From a candidate division FCPU426 bacterium (lineage in GTDB: Bacteria; Oederibacteriota; Muellerivitia; Muellerivitales; Muellerivitaceae): a stretch of DNA of 64,000 nt. Location of the stretch: NCBI GenBank assembly GCA_963771075.1, contig CAVYSE010000016.1, positions 23,582-87,581 on the forward strand, read 5' to 3'. Within the stretch, counting starts at the first letter, position 1; every line of letters starts with the position of its first letter. Position numbers and translations under genes: made by a program. Shown here piece by piece: positions 26,321 through 35,744 of this stretch. Below the pieces are notes generated by a model. It was given only the letters and a program-made list of their open reading frames with translations, was not told where the DNA came from and made no database searches.

Positions 26321-27409
26321 CTACAGGGGTGGAGGATGCGGTCTGTTTTCCCCAATTTGTTTAGCCTCTTTTTCGTCGATCTGCTGGAGAGTCGCCAGGT
26401 CGCTCTTGGCCCAATTCAATAGTTTGGTCAAGCGTTTGTCCACCGGCGGGTGTGTGCTGAAGAGGTCGGCCATGATTCCCTCCTGTTCGGCCAGTTCGGA
26501 GGCCTGGGGGTCCAGGATGAAAACGGAGGCGTAGGTGGGGGGACAATCACCCCGGTAACGGTGGGAAATCTTATAAAGCGCTTCCGCCAGGGAGAGGGGG
26601 TCCTTGCAGAGGGCCACCCCGTCGGCGTCCGCCAGATATTCCCTTTCCCGCGAGATGGCCATGCCGATGAGCTTGGTCAGGAGAAACCCAATTCCAGAAA
26701 TGACCCAAAGGACCAGGATGACAATGATAGCCCCCCCATTGCCCCCGCGCCTGGAACGGGTCGAATAGGATGACGCGTAACCCGAGTTCACGCCCCCCGA
26801 AAGTAAAGCCCCCAAACCCGCGTGGATCGACCCGAATATGCTGAAGAGGAAAGTGGCCGTGGTGATCAGCCTGGAATCCTCGTGAATCAAGTGGGCGGCC
26901 TCGTGGGCCACGACACCGGAAAGCTCGGGGTCTGTGAGTTTGGATAGGATGCCCTCGGTAGCCCCGATGGCGCAGTTCCCTTTCCCGTCCTGTAGCGAAA
27001 AGGCGTTGCACCCCGGGGTATTGAGGATCACCGGGCGTATGCCGTGAATGCCCGAGGCCGCCTCGGCCTCGGAGACCAAGCGGATGAATTCCTTATGATA
27101 TTGGTCCTTTGGGTCGGCGTTTTTGGCCCCGATGGATTCCAGCATGTCGTCCAGGGTTTTGGCGCGGACATAGGCGAAATGACCGGTCGCCCACAGCGCA
27201 GCGATCAAGGTGGTCAAGACCGCGACACCCGCCGGGGAATAGGTGAGATGAATCCGGGGGTCCAGCGACAGGATCAGGATCACCGAGAAGGCCATGAAGT
27301 TGGCGAAAAAAATATAAAGAAGGACCAGCAGGACAAAGAGGAGCACCGTGGCGCGCTTGGTTCGTTCCTTGGCCTCGAAAACCGTGTCCTCGGGCAATTT
27401 ATAGAACAT
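26321..27409 (-). CDS. M48 (HtpX-like) membrane zinc metalloprotease
   Basis: NAFS, HEAAH (HExxH), SREREYLADA and FSTHPP motifs; downstream of lemA. Confidence 0.9.
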   Translation of the reverse strand: MFYKLPEDTVFEAKERTKRATVLLFVLLVLLYIFFANFMAFSVILILSLDPRIHLTYSPAGVAVLTTLIAALWATGHFAYVRAKTLDDMLESIGAKNADPKDQYHKEFIRLVSEAEAASGIHGIRPVILNTPGCNAFSLQDGKGNCAIGATEGILSKLTDPELSGVVAHEAAHLIHEDSRLITTATFLFSIFGSIHAGLGALLSGGVNSGYASSYSTRSRRGGNGGAIIVILVLWVISGIGFLLTKLIGMAISREREYLADADGVALCKDPLSLAEALYKISHRYRGDCPPTYASVFILDPQASELAEQEGIMADLFSTHPPVDKRLTKLLNWAKSDLATLQQIDEKEAKQIGENRPHPPPL

Positions 27410-27530
27410 GCGGAAACCTCAAAAGAAAAAAACAATTTGAACTGCAAAGTCACGAAGGAAAAAACAAGATTTTAAACCTTATATATTTGCTTTCGCCGTT
27501 CTTTGGGACATCGAGGTGAAATTTTTTTCG

Positions 27531-28094
27531 TTAAAACTTAACTTGAGGCGCTTCCTTTTCCACTTCGGCCGCCTTTAAAAACTCTCGGGCGGTGAACCCG
27601 AATGGACCCGCCACCAGATTGGAGGGAAATTGCTGGATAAGGGAATTGTAATTCGCCACCACGTCGTTGAAGTGGCCCCGCACATAGGCGATCTTGTTCT
27701 CGGTCGAGGTCAGCTCCTGCTGGAGGCCCATGGCGTTCTCGTTGGACTTGAGGGCCGGGTAGTTTTCCCAGACTGCCATCAGCCTTCCCAAGCCATTCGT
27801 GATGTCGTTTTCCGCCTTCAGGCGGTCCGTCATGTTGGAAGCGCCCATGGCAGTAGCCCGGGCCTGCATCACCTGGGTTAGGGTGTTTTTCTCGAAATCC
27901 ATGACACCCTTGACCGTCTCCACCAGGTTCGGGATCAGGTCATGGCGCCGCTTGAGTTGCACGTCGATCTGCGACCAGGAATTGTCCACTTCCACCCGGT
28001 AGCGCACCATGGTGTTGTAGACCGAGATGAAATAAATCGTTAACACGCCTAGGACGACGACCAGGAATACGACAAGCGCGAGTCCTAACATCAT
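27531..28094 (-). CDS. lemA: LemA family protein
   Basis: WSQIDVQLKRRHDLIPNLVETVK, ENYPALK, LTSTENKI, FPSNLVA. Confidence 0.95.
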   Translation of the reverse strand: MMLGLALVVFLVVVLGVLTIYFISVYNTMVRYRVEVDNSWSQIDVQLKRRHDLIPNLVETVKGVMDFEKNTLTQVMQARATAMGASNMTDRLKAENDITNGLGRLMAVWENYPALKSNENAMGLQQELTSTENKIAYVRGHFNDVVANYNSLIQQFPSNLVAGPFGFTAREFLKAAEVEKEAPQVKF

Positions 28095-28310
28095 AAAAGC
28101 CCTCCGAAAACTGGATAACGGCTGGAATAAGTATAGGGTCGCTCAAGGGGTTGGGACAGGTGGTTTTTAAAGGGTGATTCGGCCGTTTTACCGGCGAGAC
28201 CCGGGATTTGCCTTTATTCTTGACATGGTCCAGGGCCTTCGTTACTCTTTGGCCCTTAAATTCAACGCCTCGACTCTCACCGTATCTCTTTCATACCGAC
28301 GGAGGAACCG

Positions 28311-28808
28311 ATGGGCTCTAAAAAGAAAAAAGACAAACAAAAAAAAGCCAAGAAAAAAGCTTCCGTCAAGGCCGTAAAAAAGGGTAAAAGTTCCAAAAAA
28401 ATCGCGCTTAAAAAAGTTGCCGCAAAAGCCGCTCCAATCCGGAAAAAGATCCGCATTGCTCCCGCTTTCAAACCTCTATTGAAAAAACTGCAGGATCGCC
28501 GCAATGAGATCACCGGCCAAGTGAACCACCTGGAAATGGATTTGCGCGAGGAAATCGCCGACAATCAGAACATGCCGGGTGACATGGCCGACCATGGTTC
28601 GGGCGAGTTGAGCCAGCACCTTTCCGTCACCCTGATGGAAAACGACCGAATTGAGCTGGAACGCATCGAACGTGCCATTTCCCGCATGCAGGACGGCACC
28701 TACGGACAGTGTGAGGTCTGCGAGAAGGCCATCCCCATGTCTCGCATGAAGGCCATTCCATGGGCCACCCGCTGTATCCACTGCCAAAGCCGCTACGAGG
28801 GCGCTTGA
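28311..28808 (+). CDS. TraR/DksA family transcription factor with Lys-rich N-terminal extension
   Basis: GDMAD coiled-coil tip, GTYGQCEVC..IP..R..AIPWATRCIHC zinc finger. Confidence 0.88.
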   Translation: MGSKKKKDKQKKAKKKASVKAVKKGKSSKKIALKKVAAKAAPIRKKIRIAPAFKPLLKKLQDRRNEITGQVNHLEMDLREEIADNQNMPGDMADHGSGELSQHLSVTLMENDRIELERIERAISRMQDGTYGQCEVCEKAIPMSRMKAIPWATRCIHCQSRYEGA

Positions 28809-28901
28809 ATCTTTTAGAGTCGAATCCGCGATTGTTTTCCCATTAACCTAGAGGATTTAAGCGGCGTTGACTCGCCTAACCAGGGCCGATAGCATGGCTC
28901 C

Positions 28902-30104
28902 ATGAGATTCCGCTTCATCCCGCTGGCAAGTTTTCTCGCCTGTTTTATCCTTTATTTATTCTTGATTCCTTCCCCGCTTTGGGCAAAACGCCATCATCGC
29001 CCCCCCACCCCCACGCCCACTGAACTCGTTACCCCTACGCAAACCTTAACCCCGACTCCCACGCCCGTCCCCCTTCCCCGTTTCTGGACAGGAGACAAAC
29101 TTTATACCTTCGACGCCTTGTGGGGTTCCAAGGGAACGGGCCTGGGTAAATTCATCGCGCCCGAAGGCATAGCGGTGGGTCCCTCGGATAACATCTACAT
29201 TTGCGATACCGCGAACAGCCGGATACAGGTCTGGTCCAGCGAGGGAAAACCCTTGCGTTGCATCGGCAGTTTCGGTTCTTCCGCCATCTGGCGAAACCCT
29301 CCCCAATTCAACCATCCGGCGGGCTTATGGGTCCTCCCGAACGGCCAGCTTTACGTGGCCGATACCCAAAACCACCGCATCGTGGTGGTGGATTCTAACG
29401 ACCTGGTGATGACCGCTTGGGGAAGCCAAGGCGTCACGGAAGGACAGTTCAATCAGCCCCGGGATATAAAGCAGGACCGATATGGGAACATTTGGGTGCT
29501 GGACACGGGGAATTCCCGGGTCCAGAACTTCAGCAACCTGGGTGTTTTTAACTTCACCCGGGGTTCCCTCGGGAACCAGGACGGGCAATTCAACCTTCCC
29601 CTGGGATTCGCCCTGAACGGGATCGACCAGGCTATTGTTTCCGACACGGGCAATTTCCGCTTTCAGGTCTTTAATGACCTCTCCACGGCGGCCACCAATC
29701 TGATGCCGGTCACGATCGAGGGCTTTTACGGGGACGGACCCTTTCAATTTAAGGAACCCTCGGGCGTAACCGTCAACCGGAGGGGCCAAGTCGCCATCGT
29801 GGATGGCCAGACCGGCCGCGTGGAATTTTTCAACAGTATGTTCGAATTTCTGGGCGAATGGAACGCCAAGGATGACATCCTGAGTGTCAGCTACGCACCC
29901 CGGTACCGGGGTATCGCCTGTGATTCCCAAAACCGTCTTTACCTCACCGACTTGCAAAACGACTGTATCGTGCGGCTAAGACCCTTGAAAAATTCCTCCC
30001 CGGGCCAATCCCTTCCCCAATCCACGACAGCCCCCCTAACCTCTCCCAACCCCACTCCGGAGGACGCAGCCCCCTATGAGGGGGTGGGATACCCCATCCG
30101 TTGA
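28902..30104 (+). CDS. Exported NHL-repeat (beta-propeller) protein
   Basis: Signal peptide, PT linker, repeated G.F..P.GIAV..IY..DT.N.RIQV units. Confidence 0.88.
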   Translation: MRFRFIPLASFLACFILYLFLIPSPLWAKRHHRPPTPTPTELVTPTQTLTPTPTPVPLPRFWTGDKLYTFDALWGSKGTGLGKFIAPEGIAVGPSDNIYICDTANSRIQVWSSEGKPLRCIGSFGSSAIWRNPPQFNHPAGLWVLPNGQLYVADTQNHRIVVVDSNDLVMTAWGSQGVTEGQFNQPRDIKQDRYGNIWVLDTGNSRVQNFSNLGVFNFTRGSLGNQDGQFNLPLGFALNGIDQAIVSDTGNFRFQVFNDLSTAATNLMPVTIEGFYGDGPFQFKEPSGVTVNRRGQVAIVDGQTGRVEFFNSMFEFLGEWNAKDDILSVSYAPRYRGIACDSQNRLYLTDLQNDCIVRLRPLKNSSPGQSLPQSTTAPLTSPNPTPEDAAPYEGVGYPIR

Positions 30105-30196
30105 CCCGGCCCGTCTTTTGAAGTGGAGGCCTTTTCGCCTCTGTGTTAAACTCCACCCTCGTTGAGGCCATTCCACCCTTTTCGGTCCCCAAAACC

Positions 30197-31180
30197 ATGA
30201 ACAAAACATATTCCATTGTTACCGGGGGAGCCGGTTTTGTAGGTTCCCATCTTTGTGACTTCCTCGTCGGCCAAGGCCACTACGTGGTTTGCGTGGATAA
30301 TCTCATCACAGGCAAGATGGAGAATATAGCCCACCTGAAAAGCCACTCCCATTTCCGGTTTGTGAAGCGCGACGTCATTAAAAAGCTTCCCCGTTTCTTA
30401 AGTAATATCACCCGGGGGTTTCCCCGATTCTTTCCCAAGGCGGATTACGTTTTCCATTTGGCCTCTCCCGCATCCCCGGTGGGATACATGAAAAATTCCA
30501 TCCAAACCATTCTGGTTAATTCAATGGGCAGCCTGCAATTGTTGGAGTACTGCCGCAAGCGAAAAACCAAGTTCCTTTTCGCGTCTACTTCGGAAGTGTA
30601 CGGCAACCCCAGTGTGCATCCCCAGGTGGAAAGCTATTGGGGAAACGTGAATTCTTTCGGGCCCCGTTCTTGTTACGACGAGAGCAAGCGGCTGGGGGAG
30701 GCCATCATTTACGAGTACATTCATAAATTTGACGTGGACGCCCGGATCGTCCGTATCTTTAACACTTACGGCCCCCGGTTGAACGAAAATGACGGGAGGG
30801 TGGTTTCAAACCTCATCACCCAGGCCCTGGCAGGTGAATCGCTGACCCTATACGGCGACGGCTCCCAAACGCGAAGTTTCTGCTACGTTTCCGACCTGGT
30901 TCGGGGCCTATGGGCGGCCATTTCCTCGGAGGGAACCCAGGGGGAAATTTTTAACCTGGGCAACCCCCAAGAAACCAGTATCAGGGAATTCGCCCAAACG
31001 GTCTCCAAGCTTTGTGGAAATCGCGGGATCAAAACGATCCATAAGCCCCTTCCCCAGGACGACCCCATCCGCCGTAAACCCGATATTTCCAAGGCCATCA
31101 AGAAGTTGAACTGGAAACCCGTTGTTTCGTTAAAAGAAGGCCTGGGTTACACCATTGATTATTACCGCGGTAGAATATAA
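30197..31180 (+). CDS. UDP-glucuronate decarboxylase (UDP-xylose synthase) family
   Basis: TGGAGFVGSHL, HLASPASP, STSEVYG, GPRSCYDESKR, GRVVSN, DDP.RRKPDI. Confidence 0.9.
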   Translation: MNKTYSIVTGGAGFVGSHLCDFLVGQGHYVVCVDNLITGKMENIAHLKSHSHFRFVKRDVIKKLPRFLSNITRGFPRFFPKADYVFHLASPASPVGYMKNSIQTILVNSMGSLQLLEYCRKRKTKFLFASTSEVYGNPSVHPQVESYWGNVNSFGPRSCYDESKRLGEAIIYEYIHKFDVDARIVRIFNTYGPRLNENDGRVVSNLITQALAGESLTLYGDGSQTRSFCYVSDLVRGLWAAISSEGTQGEIFNLGNPQETSIREFAQTVSKLCGNRGIKTIHKPLPQDDPIRRKPDISKAIKKLNWKPVVSLKEGLGYTIDYYRGRI

Positions 31181-31294
31181 TCTTAACGACCCGATCCATT
31201 TGGGTTTGTTAAAAAAGGGTTGTTACCCCAAAGAACTCTTTTGTTTTTGGGAAGCGACTAGATCGGTCCGGGCTATTTCCCATTTGAGGTCTTC

Positions 31295-32830
31295 ATGAAA
31301 ACCGCCGTTCTTTATCCTCCCTTTCGCAAAAACGGGGAGCTTCCTCTTCTTACCCAAAACCGTCACCTGAAATTCTCCAAAAGCCTGGAAGTTCGTATCT
31401 TCCCCCTAGTCCCGGGACATTTGGCCACCAACCTGAAACATCTGGGGCACGAAGTGCTTTGGCTGGACGGTATTAACCGACGCATGTCCGATGAGGAATT
31501 CGACAAACACCTGGACGATTTCAAGCCCGAGATCGTATTCCTGGAAACCAAGGCCCCTGTTGTCAAGCGGCACTGGGATTACGTCGCGGAGCTCAAGACC
31601 CGATATCCCGGGGTTAAGACTGTTCTCATGGGCGACCATGTGACTTATTTCCCGGAGGAATCCATCCTGAATTCCCAAGTGGATTACGTCATCACCGGCG
31701 GAGATTACGATATTGTGGGCCGCAACCTGGTCCAGCATTTGGCGGGCAAGGAACCCCTGGGCCCGGGGCTTTGGTACCGTGACGCTTCGGGCAAGGCCGC
31801 TACGACCGGACCCCACAAACTCACCGACGCTTTGGATTCCCTCCCCTTTATCGACCGGGAACTCACGCGGTTTCTTGATTATGGCGAGGCCTACCTTCTT
31901 CGCCCAACCGCCTACATCCTCACGGGCCGGGGCTGCGGAGCCTCCGAACATTCCCCCGGGGGAGTGGGGTTATGCACCTTTTGCATTTGGCAACACGCCC
32001 TTTGGGGCAAGACCGCCCGGCTTCGTTCCCCCGCCAACGTGGCCGCCGAGATGGAAATTTGCGTCAACCAGCACGGGGTCTGGGAATTCTTCGATGACAA
32101 CGAGTCCGGGCCCATCTATAACCTCGAATGGCTCAAGGAATTTCATAAAGAACTCAAGGCCCGGAACCTTCTGGGCCGTTTCCAATTCTCGTCAAACTGC
32201 CGGGCGGACACCCTCAATGAAGAAGTGGTGGACTGGCTGGTGAAATGCGGCTGGCGCCTCCTCAAGATCGGTTTGGAATCGGGTTCGGATTACACCATCA
32301 AGCACCTGGCCAAGTGCGAGACCGTGGACCTGATCAGTAACGGCGTCAAGATGGCCAAGGACCGCGGCTTGAAGGTACTGTTGACCACCATGATGGGATA
32401 TCCCTGGGAAACCGAGGAAGACGTACGCAAGACCTACGAGGTCACACGGGAGCTTTTGTATTATAAGGTCCGCGCCGGGGACTGCATGCAGGCCTCGGTC
32501 GTGGTGGCTTACCCGGGCTCGCCCCTTTGGCGGGAATCGGTGAACAAAGGGTGGCTCTTGATAGGGGAGAAGGACTACGAGAAATACGACATGAGCCATC
32601 CCATATTGAGGTCACCCATCAACGCGAGTGAGTGGGCGACAAAGACCTGGAATCTGATGAAACACCCGAAGTTCGTATTAGGCCAGTTATTGACCGTTCG
32701 TTCCTTCCGGGAACTTAATCTATTATGGCGGGGTTTGCAGTCCTTGTTGGGACACGTGAAGGATTATGGCGACCCCTTGCCGGAAAGCGCAGATCCGCAT
32801 GGCACGCCCCAAGTCGAAGCCTCCCGTTGA
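31295..32830 (+). CDS. B12-binding radical SAM protein with atypical Cx12Cx2C motif
   Basis: N-terminal B12-binding-like domain (GDHVT..PEE), GRGC(x12)CTFC, GLESGS, GYPWET. Confidence 0.85.
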   Translation: MKTAVLYPPFRKNGELPLLTQNRHLKFSKSLEVRIFPLVPGHLATNLKHLGHEVLWLDGINRRMSDEEFDKHLDDFKPEIVFLETKAPVVKRHWDYVAELKTRYPGVKTVLMGDHVTYFPEESILNSQVDYVITGGDYDIVGRNLVQHLAGKEPLGPGLWYRDASGKAATTGPHKLTDALDSLPFIDRELTRFLDYGEAYLLRPTAYILTGRGCGASEHSPGGVGLCTFCIWQHALWGKTARLRSPANVAAEMEICVNQHGVWEFFDDNESGPIYNLEWLKEFHKELKARNLLGRFQFSSNCRADTLNEEVVDWLVKCGWRLLKIGLESGSDYTIKHLAKCETVDLISNGVKMAKDRGLKVLLTTMMGYPWETEEDVRKTYEVTRELLYYKVRAGDCMQASVVVAYPGSPLWRESVNKGWLLIGEKDYEKYDMSHPILRSPINASEWATKTWNLMKHPKFVLGQLLTVRSFRELNLLWRGLQSLLGHVKDYGDPLPESADPHGTPQVEASR

Positions 32831-33455
32831 AGTAAAAGCCGCCCCTACGGTTCCATTAAAAGAATCCACACCCCGCTGGAAGGTCTTCCTGGCCCTGGGG
32901 ATTCTGGGGGTCTGCCTGCTGGTCTTGTTCCTCTTTTCCAGCGGGATATTGCGGGATCTCTTTGCCGGGCCCAAAATCCCCCTTCCCCGCCAGGTGGCGC
33001 AAATCACCCTGGGGCAAACCCTGGAGGAACTTCAACCCCGATTTACGGGCCTGAAGAAACTGCTACGACCCTACAATAACGACCCACAATTCCAGATCGC
33101 CACCCTCACGCCCCAAGATGGCCTGACGGGACTTGCCAAAGTGGATTTCATTTTTTTCCATAACCAGCTTTATTTTATCTCCGCGGAATGGGACGGGGCC
33201 GACGCCAAGGCCCTGCCGGTGGAGGGTTGGGCCCACCAATTCCGCCGCTGGAGCAAGGTCCGCCATCCCCAAACCGAAAAGCTGAACGATCAGGTTAAAC
33301 TCAACGAATGGTATTTCGCCGACGGCTCGACGGAAATGACCGTCATGCACCTGGATTACCCCGGCAACAACCAGACCCTCCAACAACTGAGGGACGCCAC
33401 GAATTCGCCCGCCCAGGCGGCCTTTGCCAAATACCGCCTTGAAACGGACGGGTGA
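32799..33455 (+). CDS. Hypothetical membrane-anchored protein
   Basis: Single N-terminal TM helix; operonic overlap with the radical SAM gene. Confidence 0.6.
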   Translation: MARPKSKPPVEVKAAPTVPLKESTPRWKVFLALGILGVCLLVLFLFSSGILRDLFAGPKIPLPRQVAQITLGQTLEELQPRFTGLKKLLRPYNNDPQFQIATLTPQDGLTGLAKVDFIFFHNQLYFISAEWDGADAKALPVEGWAHQFRRWSKVRHPQTEKLNDQVKLNEWYFADGSTEMTVMHLDYPGNNQTLQQLRDATNSPAQAAFAKYRLETDG

Positions 33456-33572
33456 GAATAGACGGCAACCGGTGGTGAATGCCCTTATTCTCGATCCACA
33501 TTCTTTCCAACATCGATTTCCAGGCCTTGAGAATCCGAAGGGAAGTCTTTAAGCTTTTAAGGGGAGAAAACA

Positions 33573-35051
33573 ATGCCTGACAATCTTCGAATTCTATTGG
33601 TCAATCCATCCCGCGTCAAAGGCCTGCCGGTCGTGCGCGAGGAACGCTACGAGCATCGTGATGTAGGCTCGGTTTATCCCCCCCTTTCCATCCTTCAAGG
33701 CGCCGCATCCCTTCGAAAAGTCGGCTTTGATGTCAAGGTTCTGGACTGTAACGGTTTTGATCTAAGGTTGGAGGAAGTAGGCCGCACCCTCAGCTCTTGG
33801 CAACCCCATTTGGTGGTCGCCCGCATGGCCTTCGACTGTCAGGAAGAGGATTTAAAGGTACTCCAGATCGCCAAGGCTGCCGTCCCGAAATGCGTCACCG
33901 CGATTCGAAATAAGATCATTTCCGAGGTTCCGTGGTTCCTGGAAGAGGTCGTCAAACGCCCCGAGGTGGACCTATATATCATGTCCGAACTGGACGTGGT
34001 TTTGCCCAACCTGGCGGCTGTCATGCAATCAGCCCTTTCCGAAAAGGGGGAACTGCCGCCTCTCTCCACTGAATGGTTCTCGTCCGTTCCCGGGCTCGCT
34101 TACCAAACCCAAAACGGGCTGTCTAAAACCCTTCCCGCTCCCCTGATGAACGTGGAGGATGCGCCCTTCCCTGCTTATGACCTTTTGCCTTCCATCGAAC
34201 CCTACCACACGGGCGTTTTCCAGGATCATTTCGTGATGATTCAGACCTCCCGGGGCTGCCCCTTCGGCTGTACCTTCTGCGCCTACGCCCTGGAAAAATA
34301 CCGCCCCCGCCCCCACCAGCATGTCGCGGAAGAGTTGAAATGGCTTAAAAAGGATTTTGGCGCCCGGAATGTCCTGTTCTTTGACGATTTGCTGGCCTTG
34401 AATTCGGCGCGCACCGCCGATCTGGCCGAACAGTTGATCAAAGACGAAGTCAATATGGACTGGGTCTGCTGCACCCGCGCCAACTTGACCGATGTCCCCT
34501 CCCTCAAAAAGATGCGCGAGTCGGGCTGTCGGGAACTGGCGGTCGGCATCGAGAGCGGATCCGAGATGATCCTCAAGAAAATCAACAAGGGCGTGTCCAA
34601 GGACGACATCCGCGCTTGCGCCAGCGCGTGCAAGGAAGCGGACATTCTCTTTTACGGCATGACTATTTGCGGGTTGCCCGGCGAGACGGAGGATACCTGG
34701 CGAGAGACCATCAACTTCATCAAGGAAATCGACCCCTTCTATACCCAATTCTGCTTCTCCACCCCCTTCCCTAACACCGAAATGTACCCATGGTATGAAG
34801 AGAACAAATGCCTGAACCACAAGGATTGGAGCCAATATTCTCCATTGGCTGCCCAGCCGGTCGTTCGCACCGAAGCCTTGTCTACTCAGGACCTGATACG
34901 CTTGCGGCAGATGGCATACAAGGAAATCCTCTTCAGGCCCAAATACCTGCTTTCCAAAATTCGGTTGACCGACCCCCTTTGGACCCTCAAGGGCGGCTGG
35001 GAAATGGCCAAGCGCGGGGCTGCGGTCCTTACGGGACAAGCCGTTCGGTAG
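33573..35051 (+). CDS. B12-binding radical SAM protein
   Basis: YPPLS, TSRGCPFGCTFC (Cx3Cx2C), GIESGS, GLPGET. Confidence 0.9.
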   Translation: MPDNLRILLVNPSRVKGLPVVREERYEHRDVGSVYPPLSILQGAASLRKVGFDVKVLDCNGFDLRLEEVGRTLSSWQPHLVVARMAFDCQEEDLKVLQIAKAAVPKCVTAIRNKIISEVPWFLEEVVKRPEVDLYIMSELDVVLPNLAAVMQSALSEKGELPPLSTEWFSSVPGLAYQTQNGLSKTLPAPLMNVEDAPFPAYDLLPSIEPYHTGVFQDHFVMIQTSRGCPFGCTFCAYALEKYRPRPHQHVAEELKWLKKDFGARNVLFFDDLLALNSARTADLAEQLIKDEVNMDWVCCTRANLTDVPSLKKMRESGCRELAVGIESGSEMILKKINKGVSKDDIRACASACKEADILFYGMTICGLPGETEDTWRETINFIKEIDPFYTQFCFSTPFPNTEMYPWYEENKCLNHKDWSQYSPLAAQPVVRTEALSTQDLIRLRQMAYKEILFRPKYLLSKIRLTDPLWTLKGGWEMAKRGAAVLTGQAVR

Positions 35052-35146
35052 ATTTTTCAGTTCAACGCTTGTGCCAGATTTACAATAGTCCTCGTCGATT
35101 ACTCCACGACACCCACCTCGCCTTTCATCCTACCTCGGAGGTTATT

Positions 35147-35431
35147 ATGTCCACTTACTTCATGCTGGGGAAATACACGCCCGAATCCTTGAAAAACGTC
35201 AGTGAAGCCCGTACCACAAAAGTACTGAGCCAAATTAAAAAGTTGGGCGGACGGGTAAAGGACGTTTACGCGCTGCTAGGTTCCTATGATCTGGTCCTCA
35301 TCGTGGATTTGCCAAACATCGAAGCGGCCATGAAAGCTTCCCTTATCTTGAGCCGCCTGACGGGGATCGGTTTCACTTCCTCACCCGCCATCAAGGTTGA
35401 GGAATTCGATAAATTGGCCACAGCACTTTAA
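35147..35431 (+). CDS. GYD domain-containing protein
   Basis: 94 aa, LGKYT..G..GSYDLVLIV motif; GGAGG RBS. Confidence 0.8.
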   Translation: MSTYFMLGKYTPESLKNVSEARTTKVLSQIKKLGGRVKDVYALLGSYDLVLIVDLPNIEAAMKASLILSRLTGIGFTSSPAIKVEEFDKLATAL

Positions 35432-35497
35432 TTTTCTTTGCTGAATTCAAGTTTTTCGAATTCACTTTGAAACCCGACCAAAATCGTTTTCAGTCTC

Positions 35498-35532
35498 AAA
35501 CAAACATCCACCCCCCAAGTGGATGTTTGTTT
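35498..35532. promoter_or_regulatory. 14-bp perfect inverted repeat (terminator or operator)
   Basis: AAACAAACATCCAC-7 nt-GTGGATGTTTGTTT, followed by a pyrimidine-rich run. Confidence 0.45.
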
Positions 35533-35744
35533 CTCCCTTTTTTGTCCCCATTTTATTTTTTCACGCGAATTCGCAAAGGGTAATCGTTATAACTTAACGC
35601 AAGGAATTTCAAATCCCACAATTTCTCTTTTTAAAAAACTGAAAACGGTCCCAATTTATTTTCAAACCTAACTTTTCTCATTATTATTCCCCTGCCCACT
35701 CCTGAAAGAGAGGGCGTCTTAAAATCTTTTTAGAGGAATTAATT

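Noticed and set aside
31295..35051. RiPP cluster built on the two radical SAM enzymes
   Set aside because: No precursor peptide, RRE/SPASM domain, peptidase or transporter; the context is sugar metabolism
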